DNA from: an uncultured delta proteobacterium
GTDB lineage: Bacteria > Myxococcota > Kuafuiibacteriia > Kuafuiibacteriales > Kuafuiibacteriaceae
Direction: 5' to 3'
DNA length: 64,000 bases
Assembly: GCA_963803435.1 (NCBI GenBank)
Contig: CAWDML010000003.1
Coordinates: 512,001-576,000, forward strand
Shown here: in pieces, positions 37,193 through 49,589 of the stretch
Layout: each line of letters starts with the position of its first letter
How positions within the stretch are numbered: the stretch's first letter is position 1
Position numbers and translations under genes: made by a program
Notes under the pieces: model-generated
The model's database searches: none
What the model was told of the DNA's origin: nothing
Seen by the model: only the letters and a program-made list of their open reading frames with translations

Positions 37193-39361
37193 ATGGCGGG
37201 TGGACCCAAACCGGGTGAGGTCGCGATCTCCGAGCCGGCGGCCCCTGCTCGCCCCGATCTCTTCGTCAACCGCGAGATCTCCTTTCTCGAGTTCAACCAG
37301 CGCATCGTGCAGGAGGCGGCCGACCCGGCGCTGCCCTTGCTGGAGCGCTTGAAGTTCATCGGCATCGTCGGGGCGAACCTCGACGAGTTCTTCATGGTCC
37401 GCGTCGCCGGGCTCAAGCAGCAGCTGAAGAGCGGCGTGCTCGAGACGGGCCCCGACGGCATGACGCCATCCGAGCAACTGTCGGCGATCGCGCAGCGGGC
37501 GGCCGCCCAGCTCGCGGAGACGGAGCGGACCCTCCTCGAGGGCGTCATCCCGGCGCTGGCGCAGCAGGGGATTCGGATCCTGCGCGTCGCTGAGCTGGGG
37601 CCCGCCCCCCGGAAGCGGCTGGCGCAGCACTTCGAGACGCAGATCTTCCCCATGCTGACGCCGCTGGCGGTCGATCCGGGGCATCCGTTCCCGTTCATCA
37701 AGAACCGGACGCTCAACCTGGCCGTGCACCTCTTGCCGGAGACCAGCGCTGCCGACGCCTATCCGCTGCTGGCGGTGGTGCAGGTGCCGAACGTTCCGCG
37801 CTTTGTCGACGTCGACATGCCGGGTGATCTGGCCGTGGTGTTCGTCGACGACGAGATGACGGCGCACGTCGGTGCGCTCTTCCCGGGGATGCGCGTCCTC
37901 GAGTGCGTACCCTTCCGCGTCATCCGAAACTGGGACCTCTCGATCGACGAGGAGGAGCAAGAGGACCTCCTCGAGACCGTGGAGAAGGAGCTCCGGCGCC
38001 GCTGGCGTCTCGACGCCGTACGCCTGGAGATGGGCGCGGAGGCCTCGGGCGAGCTGGTCGACCGGCTGCGCTCGGCGCTCGATCTCTCGCCTGCGGACGT
38101 CATGGTCTACGCCGGTCCGCTCGCGCTCGCCGACCTCCAGGGTCTGGTCGCCCGGGTGGGACGCTCGGACCTGCGAGACGAGGCGTTCTATCCGGTCCTG
38201 TCCCCGGAGTTCCGCGACTCGGACGACGTCTTCGCCGCGATCGGCAAGGGCGACATTCTGCTTCACCACCCCTACGAGAGCTACGAGCCGGTCGTCGATC
38301 TCCTGGACCAGGCATCGCGGGATCCGGCGGTCCTGGCGATCAAGCAGACGCTGTACCGCGTCAGTCGGGACTCACCGATCCTCGAGTCGCTGATCACCGC
38401 CGCCGAGAACGGCAAGCAGGTCACCGCGCTGGTCGAGCTGAAGGCGCGCCTCTCAGAGGAGACGAACGTGGAGTGGGCCCGGCATCTGGAGCGGTCGGGC
38501 GTGCAGGTCGTCTACGGGATGATCGGCCTGAAGACGCACTGCAAGGTGACGATGGTGGTGCGTCGCGGCGCTGGTGGGATCAGGCGCTACGTGCACCTCG
38601 GGACCGGCAACTACAACGAGGAGACCGCCCGCATCTACTCCGACCTCAGCTACTTCACCGCGCGCCAGGACGTCTGCGACGACGTCTCGTCCCTCTTCAA
38701 CCTGCTCACCGGATACTCCGCCCCGCCCAGCTGGAAGAAGCTGGTGGTGGCGCCCCTCCGACTCCGCCATCACCTGCTCGATCTGATCGAGGACAAGATC
38801 CGCGTCGCACAGAAGGGAAAGAAGGCGAAGATCGTCTTCAAGTCGAACGCGCTGATCGACCCCCGGATCATCCAGGCGCTCACGCAGGCCTCGCAGGCAG
38901 GCGTGGAGGTGATCCTGTGCGTTCGAGGTCCGTGCTCGCTGCGCGTCGGTATCCCCGGCGTGAGCGATCGGATCACCGTGCGCATGGTGATCGATCGCTT
39001 CCTCGAGCACTCGCGTCTCTTCTACTTCGCGTCGGAAGATCAGGAGGACGTCTTCATCACCAGCACGGACATCATGCCGCGCAACTTCGATCGCCGCGTC
39101 GAGGTCATGCTCCCGATCGAGGATCCCCGCCTCAAGCGCCGGATCGTGGACGAGATCCTGGCGATCGAGCTGGCCGACAACACGAAAGCGGCGGTGCTCC
39201 AGGAGAACGGCACCTTCAGCCGGCTCAAGCCGGGGAACGCGAAGCCTGTGCGGTCCCAGGCCGAGTTCATCAAGCTGGCTCGGGCCCGGGCGGCTGCGGG
39301 TGATGTGGGGAAAAAGCGCAAGAAGCCCAAGCGGGACAAGAAAGAGAAGAAGAAGGGCTGA
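37193..39361 (+). CDS. ppk1: Polyphosphate kinase 1
   Basis: NREISFLEFN, NLDEFFMVRVAGL, HPFPFI, LLHHPYES, KQTLYR, LKTHCK, HLGTGNYN and RFLEHSR. Confidence 0.97.
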   Translation: MAGGPKPGEVAISEPAAPARPDLFVNREISFLEFNQRIVQEAADPALPLLERLKFIGIVGANLDEFFMVRVAGLKQQLKSGVLETGPDGMTPSEQLSAIAQRAAAQLAETERTLLEGVIPALAQQGIRILRVAELGPAPRKRLAQHFETQIFPMLTPLAVDPGHPFPFIKNRTLNLAVHLLPETSAADAYPLLAVVQVPNVPRFVDVDMPGDLAVVFVDDEMTAHVGALFPGMRVLECVPFRVIRNWDLSIDEEEQEDLLETVEKELRRRWRLDAVRLEMGAEASGELVDRLRSALDLSPADVMVYAGPLALADLQGLVARVGRSDLRDEAFYPVLSPEFRDSDDVFAAIGKGDILLHHPYESYEPVVDLLDQASRDPAVLAIKQTLYRVSRDSPILESLITAAENGKQVTALVELKARLSEETNVEWARHLERSGVQVVYGMIGLKTHCKVTMVVRRGAGGIRRYVHLGTGNYNEETARIYSDLSYFTARQDVCDDVSSLFNLLTGYSAPPSWKKLVVAPLRLRHHLLDLIEDKIRVAQKGKKAKIVFKSNALIDPRIIQALTQASQAGVEVILCVRGPCSLRVGIPGVSDRITVRMVIDRFLEHSRLFYFASEDQEDVFITSTDIMPRNFDRRVEVMLPIEDPRLKRRIVDEILAIELADNTKAAVLQENGTFSRLKPGNAKPVRSQAEFIKLARARAAAGDVGKKRKKPKRDKKEKKKG

Positions 39362-39444
39362 TCGGGCCCGGCCCGGGTGCTCCGTCGCGGGGGCAAACAC
39401 ATACGAATTGACCCGACGTCGGCCCCAAGACTAGAAGGCCCCAC

Positions 39445-40554
<1,110 letters not shown>

Positions 40555-40566
40555 GACGTTGATCGG

Positions 40567-41757
40567 GTGACCTCCTCGATCGGCCTCGTCCTCTCGGGCG
40601 GCGGCGCCCGGGGCGCGTACGAGGTCGGAGTCCTCACCTACCTGGCTGAGCACCACCCGGACCTCTTGGCGAAGGTCCGCGTCATCACCGGCTCGAGCGT
40701 CGGCGCTGTCAACGGCGTCTATCTGGCCTCTCACGGACTCACCGCGGAGTCGGTGTTCGAGCTGGCCGAGCTCTGGAAGAACCTCTCCATCGACGCGCTC
40801 CTGTCGCTGTCCTCGTTCGATGCTCTGCGGATGATCGGCGCGGCGCCGCTCCGGCTCCTCCGCAGGAACGCGCGCACGCCGACAAAGGGCTTGCTGGACG
40901 CCGAGGGCCTCTGGCGTCTGGTGAGCCGGAGCATCGACTGGAGCGGGCTCCATCGCCGGGTGCAGAGCGGGCGGTTCGACGCCGTCGCGGTCCTCGCCAC
41001 GGATCTCTCCAGCGGGAAGAGCCACGTGTTCGTCGAGAGCCGGCCGGGGATCGCGTCGCCCGCAGACAGCAGTGAGGCGCACTTCCTCCCGGTCCGCCTC
41101 GGTCGCCCGCACGTGTTGGCCTCGGCGGCGATCCCGCTCCTGTTCTCGCCGGTGCGCGTGCATGGGCGCTGGTACATCGACGGCGGCGTCCGCAACAACA
41201 CGCCGTTCTCGGCCGCGCTCCGGCTGGCGGCGGACGGCCTGATGATCGTGAACGTGCGCGGCGCCAACCTCCCGCTCCCCGAGTCCACCGACTTTCCCGG
41301 GATCGGTCAGATCGTCGGCAAGTTGCTCGACGCCATCTTCCTCGATCGCGTCGGCTTCGATCTCGACCGCCTCCGCAGGATCAACGACTTCCTCGAGACC
41401 GCCGAAGGCCTGGGCGAGCTCGAACGTTTCCAGCGGGAGCTGGTGGCGCGCGGCCGTCCCCACTACCGCCAGATTCCGTTCGCCGTGGTCTCACCGGCGC
41501 GCGACCTGGGCGCGGTGGCGGCCAGCTACGTGTCCGGCTCCACCCGGCTCCGCTCGGTCTCGTTCATGCGCGTCCTGAACGCGCTGTTCGCCAACGACGC
41601 CCACACCTCGGGCGACGCGGCCAGCTTCCTCCTGTTCGACGGTGAGTACGCCAAGGAGCTGATCGCCACCGGGTATCAGGACGCTCGAGCGGAGCGCCAG
41701 AGCATCGAGCTCCTCGGGCGCTCAGCTACCGCCCAGCCGGGCGAGCATCGATCGTAG
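40567..41757 (+). CDS. Patatin-like phospholipase
   Basis: LSGGGARGAY, GSSVG nucleophile motif, ASAAIP and DGG. Confidence 0.92.
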   Translation: MTSSIGLVLSGGGARGAYEVGVLTYLAEHHPDLLAKVRVITGSSVGAVNGVYLASHGLTAESVFELAELWKNLSIDALLSLSSFDALRMIGAAPLRLLRRNARTPTKGLLDAEGLWRLVSRSIDWSGLHRRVQSGRFDAVAVLATDLSSGKSHVFVESRPGIASPADSSEAHFLPVRLGRPHVLASAAIPLLFSPVRVHGRWYIDGGVRNNTPFSAALRLAADGLMIVNVRGANLPLPESTDFPGIGQIVGKLLDAIFLDRVGFDLDRLRRINDFLETAEGLGELERFQRELVARGRPHYRQIPFAVVSPARDLGAVAASYVSGSTRLRSVSFMRVLNALFANDAHTSGDAASFLLFDGEYAKELIATGYQDARAERQSIELLGRSATAQPGEHRS

Positions 41758-44700
41758 GACCTCCGGATCGATCGGCTTCACCACGTGCTCGTCGAACCCC
41801 GACGCCAGCGCGTGGTCACGGTCCTGCTGCTGCCCATAGCCGGTGAGCGCCACCAGCCGCGTGTGGTGCGACCCCAGGCGATCGCGAACCCTCCGCGCGA
41901 CCTCGTAGCCGTCGACCTTCGGCAGGCCGATGTCGACGAGGGCCACCAGGGGCTTCAGCCGAACGATCAACGAGATGCCCTCCTCACCGTCGCTCGCGGT
42001 CTCGACCTGGTAGCCGTCACCCTCGAGGAGCATCCGTAGCGTCTCACGGCTGTCCGAGCGATCCTCCACCAGCACGATCTGGAGCCCCGGGCCGATCTTG
42101 CTCGCGACCGCCGTCATCGCCGCCGCCTCGACCTGCTTCACGCGCACGTGGGGCAGCCGGACCTCGAACTCGGATCCGCGTCCTGCGCCCTCGCTCGTGA
42201 CCCGAACGGTCCCGTCGTGCAGCTCGACGATCGACTTGACCAGCGTCAGCCCCAGGCCCATCCCGCCTCGCGAGCGGGCCAGCGTCGTCTCGGATTGAAC
42301 GAACGCCTCGAAGATGTGCTGGTGCATCTTCGGCTCGATGCCGATGCCGTCGTCGCGGACGCGGATGAGCACCTGCTCGCCTTCGCGGCGGAGCGTGAGC
42401 CAGGCGTGTCCGCCACGCATGTTGTACTTGGCGGCGTTGTTGAGGAGGTTGACGATGATCTGCTGGAGCCGAGCGGCGTCCCCGTCGACCCAGAGCGGCT
42501 CCTCCGAGCAGTCCACCTCGAGCGCGACGCCGTACTCCTGGAACAGGTGCTGGGCTGCGGAGCTCACCTCTTCCAGCACGCCCCGCAGGTCCATGACCTC
42601 GCGCCTGAGCTCGATCTTGTTCTGAACCACGCGCGAGACATCGAGGAGATCGTCGAGCAGCCTCGCCATCTGCCCGGCCTGCCGCTGGATCACGCGGGTC
42701 GCGTATTGCTCGACGTCCCGCGTCGGAGAGGCGTCGAGCATCGCGCTGGCGGTCGTGATTGCGCTGAGCGGATTGCGAAGCTCGTGGGACAGCATCGCCA
42801 TGAACTCGTCGCGCCGGCGCACCGACTCTCGAGCCTCGTCCTCGGCCAGCTTCTGGCGGGTCACGTCGCGATGGACGCCGAGCGTGCCCACCACGCGATC
42901 AGCGCTCGTGTCGTGGAGCGGGAACTTGGTGGTGAGCAGCCAGTCCTCCTGACCGGAGCGCCAGCGCCGGTGCTGGAGCTTGTTCGTGATCGACTCCGCG
43001 GTGGCCAGGATCCGCTGGTCCTCCATCAGGGCCGCCGCCGCATAGGCCGCCACGTCGACCTCCGCCTCGGTCTTCCCGACGGCCTCGTCCGGGGATTCGA
43101 GTCCGAGACGGCCCGCCAGTGCCCGGTTGATGCGCACGTAGCGCCCGGCGGCGTCCTTGAACTCGATGAGGTCGGGGACGCTGTCCATCAGGCTCCGCAG
43201 CAGATAGCGCTCGCGGAAGAGCTCATCCTCGGCCTGCTTGAGCGAGGTGATGTCGATCAGCGTGAGCACCACGCCCGCGACCGAGCCTTTGGCGCGGTAG
43301 GGGAGGAGACGCAGGAAATACCAGCGTCCCAGGCGATCGCGCACGTCGCGCTCGAACGAGGTCTCTGTCTCGAGCACCTTGCCCACCTCGGCGACCAGCC
43401 CGGCGTACTGGATGTTGTGCGTGAAGCTCTCGATCGATCGCCCGACGTCCTGAGGGAGCAGGTTGAACGTCTCCGCGATCTTGGGCGTGAACTTGCGGAT
43501 CTGCATCTCGCGATCGAGGAAGATGGTGCCCACCTCCGTGCTCTCGAGGAGGTTGTCCATGTCGTTCGTGAGCTCGGTCAGCTCGGCGATCTTTCGCTGG
43601 AACTCCGCGTTGACGGTGTAGAGCTCCTCGTTGACCGACTGGAGCTCCTCGTTCGTGCTCTGCAGCTCCTCGTTCGACGCCACCAGCTCCTCGTTCGTGG
43701 CCTGGAGCTCCTCGTTGCTGGTCTCCAGCTCCTCGATCGTCGCCTGCAGGTTCTCCTTTGTGTAGCGGAGCTCGACCTCGAGCCGCCCGATCTCTTCGGT
43801 CGACAGCTCGTCGAGATCGACCTGCGCCACCGGGCTCTGCTTCTTCGTCTCCCGCTCGACCGGCCCGATCGTCACCAGCAGATGGACCGTGTTCGAACGT
43901 CGGTCGTGGATCGGGTGGATCTCGATCGACACGTCGTTCTGCCGGTAGCTCATCGGCGTCAGATCCTTGGCGGCGCGCTGGAGCGCTCCGGTCAACGCCA
44001 GCTTCAGGTCGGGCGCGACCAGCTCGAGGATGTCGCCGGTCGGGCGCCCGTCGGCCAGGCGCAGGTACCGCCCGGCACCGCCGAAGGTGTGCAGCAGCCG
44101 GCGGTTTTGAGAGACCAGGAAGCTCGGCGGGATGTAGCGCTCCAGGAGCGCGTCGTAGGCCCCGATCAGGTGGCCGACGGTGATCTCCTGCGTGTCCCGC
44201 GGGAGCGCCAGCGTGGCGGCCCGCTGCTGCTTCGCAGGCAGGAGCCGGAGCTCCGGGAGGCGGATGTCGCGGTGCTTTCGATAGACACGCCAGCGTTCGT
44301 CGATCACCTCGAAGTCGTCCCGGTAGGTTCCGGGGGTCTCGCTGCTCCCCAGAAAGAGCACGCCGTCCTTGGTGAGGCCGAAGTGGAAGAGCGACACCAC
44401 CTTTCGCTGCGCGTGCGGCTGGAGATAGATCATCAGGTTGCGGCACGTCGCCAGGTGGATGCGCGTGAAGGGGGCGTCCTTGATCAGGTTGTGCTGCGCG
44501 AACACGATCATCTGGCGGAGGTCCTGCACCACCCGATACGACTCACCCTCGCGGATGAAGAACCGCGCCAGGCGGGCCGGCGACATCCCCTCGATCCGAT
44601 CTTCGGTGTAGCGGCCGGCCGCCGCGACCTCGAGCGAGGTCTGGTGGACGTCGGTGGCGAAGATCTTCACGTTGAGAGGGCGGCTCGCCTTCTCGAACGC

Positions 44701-45693
44701 CTCGACCGCGCAGATCGCGATCGAGTACGCCTCCTCTCCGGTCGCGCAGCCGGCGACCCAGACGCGCAGCTCCTCTTCCCGCGACAGGCGTTCGATCAGC
44801 TGCGGAAGGATCGCCTCGATCTGTCCGAAGGCCTCCTCGTCGCGGAAGAAACGCGTCACTCCGATCAATAGGTCCTGATAGAGAGCGTCGAGCTCTCGGC
44901 GATCGCGCCTCAGTCGCTCGAGATACTCCTCGAGGTTGGACTCGCGGTGTAGCAGCAAGCGTCGCTCCACCCGACGTCCCACCGTGTTCGGCTTGTAGTG
45001 GGAGAAGTCGATGCCGAACTGATCCCGCAGGAGCTGTAACACCGCGTCCATGCCGGTCTTGTTGCCGCGCGTGAGCACGGCACCCTCGGACATGAACCCC
45101 TGCATGGAGTCATGGTCGACCAGGCGGGAGAGCACCTCTCCGATCTCCGTGGGATCCAGGTTGAAGTCGGCCACGCCCGAGTCTTCGGCGCTCCGCGGCA
45201 TCCCGTTGAACTTCGCGGAGTCTGGCTTTTGCACGATCACGAGCCCACCGGCCTCGTGAATGTTGACGATCCCGCGGGAGCCGTCGCTGCCCGAGCCGGA
45301 GAGGATGATGCCGATGGCCCGGTTGCCGAAGTCCTCCGCCAGGGATCGAAAGAAGATATCGATCGGCATGTTCAATTCATTGGCGGGATCTTTGTCGGTC
45401 AGGAGCAGCTTGCCGTCGGAGATGATCATCTCCTTCTTGGGTGGGATCACGTAGATCGAGTCCCGCTCGACGGTGACGCCGTCCTCCACGCGATGGACCG
45501 GCATCGTGGTGTATCGCGAGATCAGCTCGTCCATCATGCTCTCGAAGTCGGGTGAGAGGTGCTGCACGACCACGAAAGCCAGCCCGATGTCGGCTGGCAT
45601 CCCTGTGAACAGTCGCTCCAGCGCCTCGAGACCGCCGGCGGACGCGCCGACTCCAGCGACATAGTTGGGCGAGCGTTCGACCGTCGACTCCAT
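41722..45693 (-). CDS. CheB-CheR-PAS hybrid sensor histidine kinase / response regulator
   Basis: CheB motifs GASAGG, QHL and GSGSDG; CheR motifs [10 protein letters not shown] and CRNLMIY; NEELQS coiled-coil repeats; PAS domains; His[10 protein letters not shown]; HATPase; REC LVDIGLP. Confidence 0.95.
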   Translation of the reverse strand: MESTVERSPNYVAGVGASAGGLEALERLFTGMPADIGLAFVVVQHLSPDFESMMDELISRYTTMPVHRVEDGVTVERDSIYVIPPKKEMIISDGKLLLTDKDPANELNMPIDIFFRSLAEDFGNRAIGIILSGSGSDGSRGIVNIHEAGGLVIVQKPDSAKFNGMPRSAEDSGVADFNLDPTEIGEVLSRLVDHDSMQGFMSEGAVLTRGNKTGMDAVLQLLRDQFGIDFSHYKPNTVGRRVERRLLLHRESNLEEYLERLRRDRRELDALYQDLLIGVTRFFRDEEAFGQIEAILPQLIERLSREEELRVWVAGCATGEEAYSIAICAVEAFEKASRPLNVKIFATDVHQTSLEVAAAGRYTEDRIEGMSPARLARFFIREGESYRVVQDLRQMIVFAQHNLIKDAPFTRIHLATCRNLMIYLQPHAQRKVVSLFHFGLTKDGVLFLGSSETPGTYRDDFEVIDERWRVYRKHRDIRLPELRLLPAKQQRAATLALPRDTQEITVGHLIGAYDALLERYIPPSFLVSQNRRLLHTFGGAGRYLRLADGRPTGDILELVAPDLKLALTGALQRAAKDLTPMSYRQNDVSIEIHPIHDRRSNTVHLLVTIGPVERETKKQSPVAQVDLDELSTEEIGRLEVELRYTKENLQATIEELETSNEELQATNEELVASNEELQSTNEELQSVNEELYTVNAEFQRKIAELTELTNDMDNLLESTEVGTIFLDREMQIRKFTPKIAETFNLLPQDVGRSIESFTHNIQYAGLVAEVGKVLETETSFERDVRDRLGRWYFLRLLPYRAKGSVAGVVLTLIDITSLKQAEDELFRERYLLRSLMDSVPDLIEFKDAAGRYVRINRALAGRLGLESPDEAVGKTEAEVDVAAYAAAALMEDQRILATAESITNKLQHRRWRSGQEDWLLTTKFPLHDTSADRVVGTLGVHRDVTRQKLAEDEARESVRRRDEFMAMLSHELRNPLSAITTASAMLDASPTRDVEQYATRVIQRQAGQMARLLDDLLDVSRVVQNKIELRREVMDLRGVLEEVSSAAQHLFQEYGVALEVDCSEEPLWVDGDAARLQQIIVNLLNNAAKYNMRGGHAWLTLRREGEQVLIRVRDDGIGIEPKMHQHIFEAFVQSETTLARSRGGMGLGLTLVKSIVELHDGTVRVTSEGAGRGSEFEVRLPHVRVKQVEAAAMTAVASKIGPGLQIVLVEDRSDSRETLRMLLEGDGYQVETASDGEEGISLIVRLKPLVALVDIGLPKVDGYEVARRVRDRLGSHHTRLVALTGYGQQQDRDHALASGFDEHVVKPIDPEVLRSMLARLGGS

Positions 45694-45719
45694 TCAGAAC
45701 GGAGACGATAGCAAACGGA

Positions 45720-48700
45720 TCAGGGAAGGATCATCGACGCAAACACGCGCGGGTTTTTGATGTGGCGATCCTGTAGTCGACGATCGACCTCTTTTTGGAT
45801 CGCCTTGCCGTCGTTCGGGATGAGCTTCGCGCGGCGGCGGTGCGCCACCAGTCCGTGAACCGCCATGTCGGCAGCGAGGAATGCTTTCGCCGCACGATCG
45901 TAGAGCGAGGCCGCCTCGCTGAATCCTCCGCTCTTCTCGACCGTGCGTGCCCGGACGATGTGTCCCATTGCCACAGCGTACGGTGTGGCTTCTTTCTCCA
46001 GTGAGTGGGCGTCATGTTTTGCCGCCTTCAGATCGGCGGCCGCCAGCGCACAGCGGGCCCGCAGGAAGCGAGCCTCGACCCGGATCACCTGCACGCGCAT
46101 GAACATGGACTCCTCCAGCTGCCGCCAGTGTTGCTGGATCCTGCGCCAGGCACGCTCGCCGTCGCCCGAGTACAAGTCGAGCTGCACGCGCGACGAGAGC
46201 TCCCAGTAGTGCTGGAGGTGAAAGCCGGCTTGGGCAGACTCGGAGGTGGCCTCTTCGAGGTTCCGCTTCACGGCCGCAGGATCGTCGTCGGCCAGCCAGA
46301 TGACAGTCGCGTTGGCGGACATCCGCAGCAACGTCGCCGCATACAGATCCCGCCGTGTCTTCGCGTCCTGAACCAGCGCGTCGAGTCGCTCGCGCAGACC
46401 GTCGAAGCTGCCCCGATAAGAGTCGGACCAGAGGCGGAACGTGGTCGCGGTGTCGAGCTCCCAGTCGACGCCCGTACAGCGCTCCCGGAGCATCGAGTCG
46501 GCGCGCGTGCTCTTCTCGGCGCACTCCGCCCACTGTCCGGCGTGCCAGGCCGCGAAGGCCTCGCCGAGCCCCGCGAAGCCCTGCACGTACGGATCTTCGA
46601 TCCTCGACGCCAGCGCGCCCAGCGCCGTCAGTACGCGCTTCACTCGGTTGGGGCTTTTGTCTCCCTGGCTCGTCAGCAGGCCGAGCTCCATCGCCAGCGC
46701 GCGCGCGACGCGGTTTGCATCGCCGGCGTCGAGCGCCAGGTAGAGGAACGAGCTGATGAAGATCGACGAGCGGATGACGTCGACCATCGTCAGGCCCACG
46801 CCCGCCGACCAGCAGGCGTCGACGCGCTCCAGCGTCCCCGGCGGGATCTCGTCGGGGTCGCGCTCGCGAAACGAGAGGCCGCGGAGCAACAGCCGCGATC
46901 GGATCACACGCAGCGTCTGATACGCGTCCTCGTTCCGCTCCGGGTACTCCATCCCGTGGGATAGGAGCACGTCCTTGAGGATCGCGATCCCGCGGGTGGC
47001 CAGGCCGAAGCGGAGAAACTGCTCCGCCGCCCGCCGGAGCAGATCGATGCGCCGGTCCTTCGGCGCTCGGCCTGCCGCCTTCAGGTACGCCTCCGCGGCC
47101 TCGTCGCCGCGGCCTGCTTGCGCCAGCGCATCGGCCCACTTGGCCCGCAGGTCCCAGCGATCCTCGCTGTCGCTCGAGAGATCGAGCGCCAGTCCGTACA
47201 GCGACGCCGCCTGGTAGAAGGCGGTCGCCCCCAGCGATCGGTCGGCGGCCTCTTTGGCTGCGGCCGCCGCCGCATCGTTCTGGCCCGCCTCCTGGAGCGC
47301 GAGCACCAGCTCCTCGGGCGCAGCGCGTTGATCGTCGGCGAGCGTGCGGGCGAGGGCGCGCCGCCGGTGGCGAAGCGTCGTCGCGTCCATGGTGTCGACG
47401 ACGGTGCTGCGGATGCGGTCGTGATACGCCTCAATCTCGTCGACGCCGTTCGCATTGCGCGTCCGCGCCAGGTGGTGGCTGGTCAAGAGCGCCGCCACAC
47501 TGCGCTCCTTGGCGTCGAGGTTCGCGGCGCGGTTGGCCACCTCGAGGCGGAGCGGCCGACCGGCCACCGCGACAATCTCCAGGAGCTCGCGGGCGGCCGT
47601 GGGGAGGTGGCTCAGGCGGGCCCGTAGGACCTCTCTGAGCGAGATCGATTCGGAGGTGTCGGCGTCGTCCAGGGGGACCGCCAGGTTCACGTCGCTCGAC
47701 TCGGAGTGCTGCGCGTGCACCGCCAGCTCGTAGATGAACAGCGGGCTGCCCTGGGCCTCGCGCAGGATCTCCTCGGCCCGCTCGTCGATCGAGACGGGCA
47801 CCGAGAAGCGGCCGCTCGCGGTCTGGGGACGGCTCCGCTCGCGGGCGCCCATCTTGTCGATGATCGCGCGCGCCAGCCGCCGTGAGGCGTCGGGGTCCAG
47901 CGGCCCCACCAAGAGGTCGCGCACCTCGGCGTCGGGGTGGTCCGGAGTCATGCGCAGGACGCGCACCAGCTCGCTCGCGTCGCGATCCTCGGTCCGATAC
48001 ACCGCGATCAAGGTCAAGGGCGGCGCCCCCGGCTGGCGGAGGAGCTCCTCGATGAGGCGCGCGCTGTCCGCGTCGCCCCACTGGAGATCGTCGAGGCAGA
48101 GGACCACCGGTTTTTTCTTGCCGATCGCACGGAGCAGCTCGCGAAATGCGGCGAAGGCGCGCGCGCGGATCTGGATCGGATCCAGCGCCTCCTTCGCGCT
48201 CGCGGAGCGATGATGGACGGCGTCGACCCGGTTCAGCACCGGAAACAGCCGTGAGAGCGCCTCGATCCCCTCGGGGAGCATGGCCTCGACCTCGAGGAAG
48301 GGGACCTTGCGCAGGTGGCGGCTCATCCCGTCGATCAGGTTGTCGAGCGCCTTGTAGGGCACGAGCTCACGCTCGTAGCAGCGCCCCGCGAAGACGTGTG
48401 CGCGCCCGGTCTCGTCGAGGTGCTCGAGGAAGCGGCGGACCAGCGCCGTCTTCCCAATCCCGCTGGTGCCGCGCACGTGAACGATGATCGTCTTGCCCTC
48501 GGAGCCGGCCTCGAAGGCCTCCTCCAGCATCGCCAGGTGCTCCTCGCGCCCGACGAACTGCGGCGACAGATCCGGTACGGCGAACGCGAGCGCCGGCGTG
48601 GCCAGCGCCGGGGGAAGACCGCCCAGCTTGTCGAGGATCTCGCGACCCGACGGCCGCGCCTTCGGATCGCGCTGGATGAGCGACTGGCAGAGCTCGGCCA

Positions 48701-49586
48701 GATCCTTCGGCGCGCCGGGGTTCAGCTCGAGCACCGTCTGCGGATCCTTCTGCTGCTTCTCGAAGATCACCTTGTAGAGCGTCCCGGTGAAGGGGAGCCT
48801 GCCGGTGAGCGCCTGATAGAGCATCGTTCCCGTCGCGTACCAGTCGCTGGCCGGCCCCACGCCTTCGCCCGCCGCCTGCTCCGGGGCCATGTACGCCACC
48901 GTCCCCACCACCGAGCCCATCGCGCTCTGCGCCAGCGAGTCCTCGTCGACGTCGGTGGCCAGCCCGAAGTCGAGCAGCACGATCCGTCCTCGCGGCGTCA
49001 CCATCACGTTGGACGGCTTGATGTCGCGGTGGAGCTTGCCGGTGTCGTGCAGCGCGACCAGGCCCTCGGCGAGCTCCTTGAGCGCGTGGCGCAGCCGGTC
49101 GTAGTCGAGCGGGGGAAGCGCGCCTGCGTGCGTTTCACCGACCGCGACCTGGGTCAGGAGGTCGAGCTGATCGGTCCCGAGCTCGCCGTCCGGGAGCGTC
49201 CGGGTGACCGGGAGCCCGTCGACCAGCGTCGGGACCGTGTTGTCCTCCGTGCGCGCCTCGGAGAGGAGTCCGGGCCGCACGTACTGGAGGAAGTTGACGC
49301 CCTCGACGAGCTCCATCGTGAAGAACCAGTGCTCGCCGCTCATCACCAGCTCGTGCAACGTCACCAGGTTGGGGTGGTTGACGTCCGCGAGCGCGCGGAA
49401 CTCCCTCTTGATGCGGTAGATCGCGCCCGGGCTCATGCGGAGCAGGATCTTGAGCGCGACCTCGGTACGTCGCTCGCGATCGTACGCCTGGTAGACGACA
49501 CCCATCCCGCCCTCGCCGATGCGGCGGATGACCTCGAAGCGTTCGCTTCCCTTGAAGTCGTGGGCGCCGAGCTGCCAGCCAGTCAC
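45720..49586 (-). CDS. Ser/Thr kinase fused to a STAND-like AAA ATPase and helical repeats
   Basis: GEGGMG, HRDIKPSN and DFG; FVGRE, Walker A GTSGIGKT, Walker B LCLDDLQW, GSPLF and HDRIR; TPR-like C-terminus. Confidence 0.92.
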   Translation of the reverse strand: MTGWQLGAHDFKGSERFEVIRRIGEGGMGVVYQAYDRERRTEVALKILLRMSPGAIYRIKREFRALADVNHPNLVTLHELVMSGEHWFFTMELVEGVNFLQYVRPGLLSEARTEDNTVPTLVDGLPVTRTLPDGELGTDQLDLLTQVAVGETHAGALPPLDYDRLRHALKELAEGLVALHDTGKLHRDIKPSNVMVTPRGRIVLLDFGLATDVDEDSLAQSAMGSVVGTVAYMAPEQAAGEGVGPASDWYATGTMLYQALTGRLPFTGTLYKVIFEKQQKDPQTVLELNPGAPKDLAELCQSLIQRDPKARPSGREILDKLGGLPPALATPALAFAVPDLSPQFVGREEHLAMLEEAFEAGSEGKTIIVHVRGTSGIGKTALVRRFLEHLDETGRAHVFAGRCYERELVPYKALDNLIDGMSRHLRKVPFLEVEAMLPEGIEALSRLFPVLNRVDAVHHRSASAKEALDPIQIRARAFAAFRELLRAIGKKKPVVLCLDDLQWGDADSARLIEELLRQPGAPPLTLIAVYRTEDRDASELVRVLRMTPDHPDAEVRDLLVGPLDPDASRRLARAIIDKMGARERSRPQTASGRFSVPVSIDERAEEILREAQGSPLFIYELAVHAQHSESSDVNLAVPLDDADTSESISLREVLRARLSHLPTAARELLEIVAVAGRPLRLEVANRAANLDAKERSVAALLTSHHLARTRNANGVDEIEAYHDRIRSTVVDTMDATTLRHRRRALARTLADDQRAAPEELVLALQEAGQNDAAAAAAKEAADRSLGATAFYQAASLYGLALDLSSDSEDRWDLRAKWADALAQAGRGDEAAEAYLKAAGRAPKDRRIDLLRRAAEQFLRFGLATRGIAILKDVLLSHGMEYPERNEDAYQTLRVIRSRLLLRGLSFRERDPDEIPPGTLERVDACWSAGVGLTMVDVIRSSIFISSFLYLALDAGDANRVARALAMELGLLTSQGDKSPNRVKRVLTALGALASRIEDPYVQGFAGLGEAFAAWHAGQWAECAEKSTRADSMLRERCTGVDWELDTATTFRLWSDSYRGSFDGLRERLDALVQDAKTRRDLYAATLLRMSANATVIWLADDDPAAVKRNLEEATSESAQAGFHLQHYWELSSRVQLDLYSGDGERAWRRIQQHWRQLEESMFMRVQVIRVEARFLRARCALAAADLKAAKHDAHSLEKEATPYAVAMGHIVRARTVEKSGGFSEAASLYDRAAKAFLAADMAVHGLVAHRRRAKLIPNDGKAIQKEVDRRLQDRHIKNPRVFASMILP

Positions 49587-49589
49587 GGG

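Noticed and set aside
39362-39444. GGCAAAC before the PHP gene, and GACGCAAA before aglR, as possible c-di-GMP-I riboswitch pieces
   Set aside because: Neither site has both conserved halves or the GNRA-capped stem. The first region is better explained by a TTGACC promoter at 39408.
43600-43760. Tandem 21-nt-period repeats that might resemble a CRISPR array
   Set aside because: They encode the NEELQS heptads of the CheBR coiled coil; there are no unique spacers and no cas genes.
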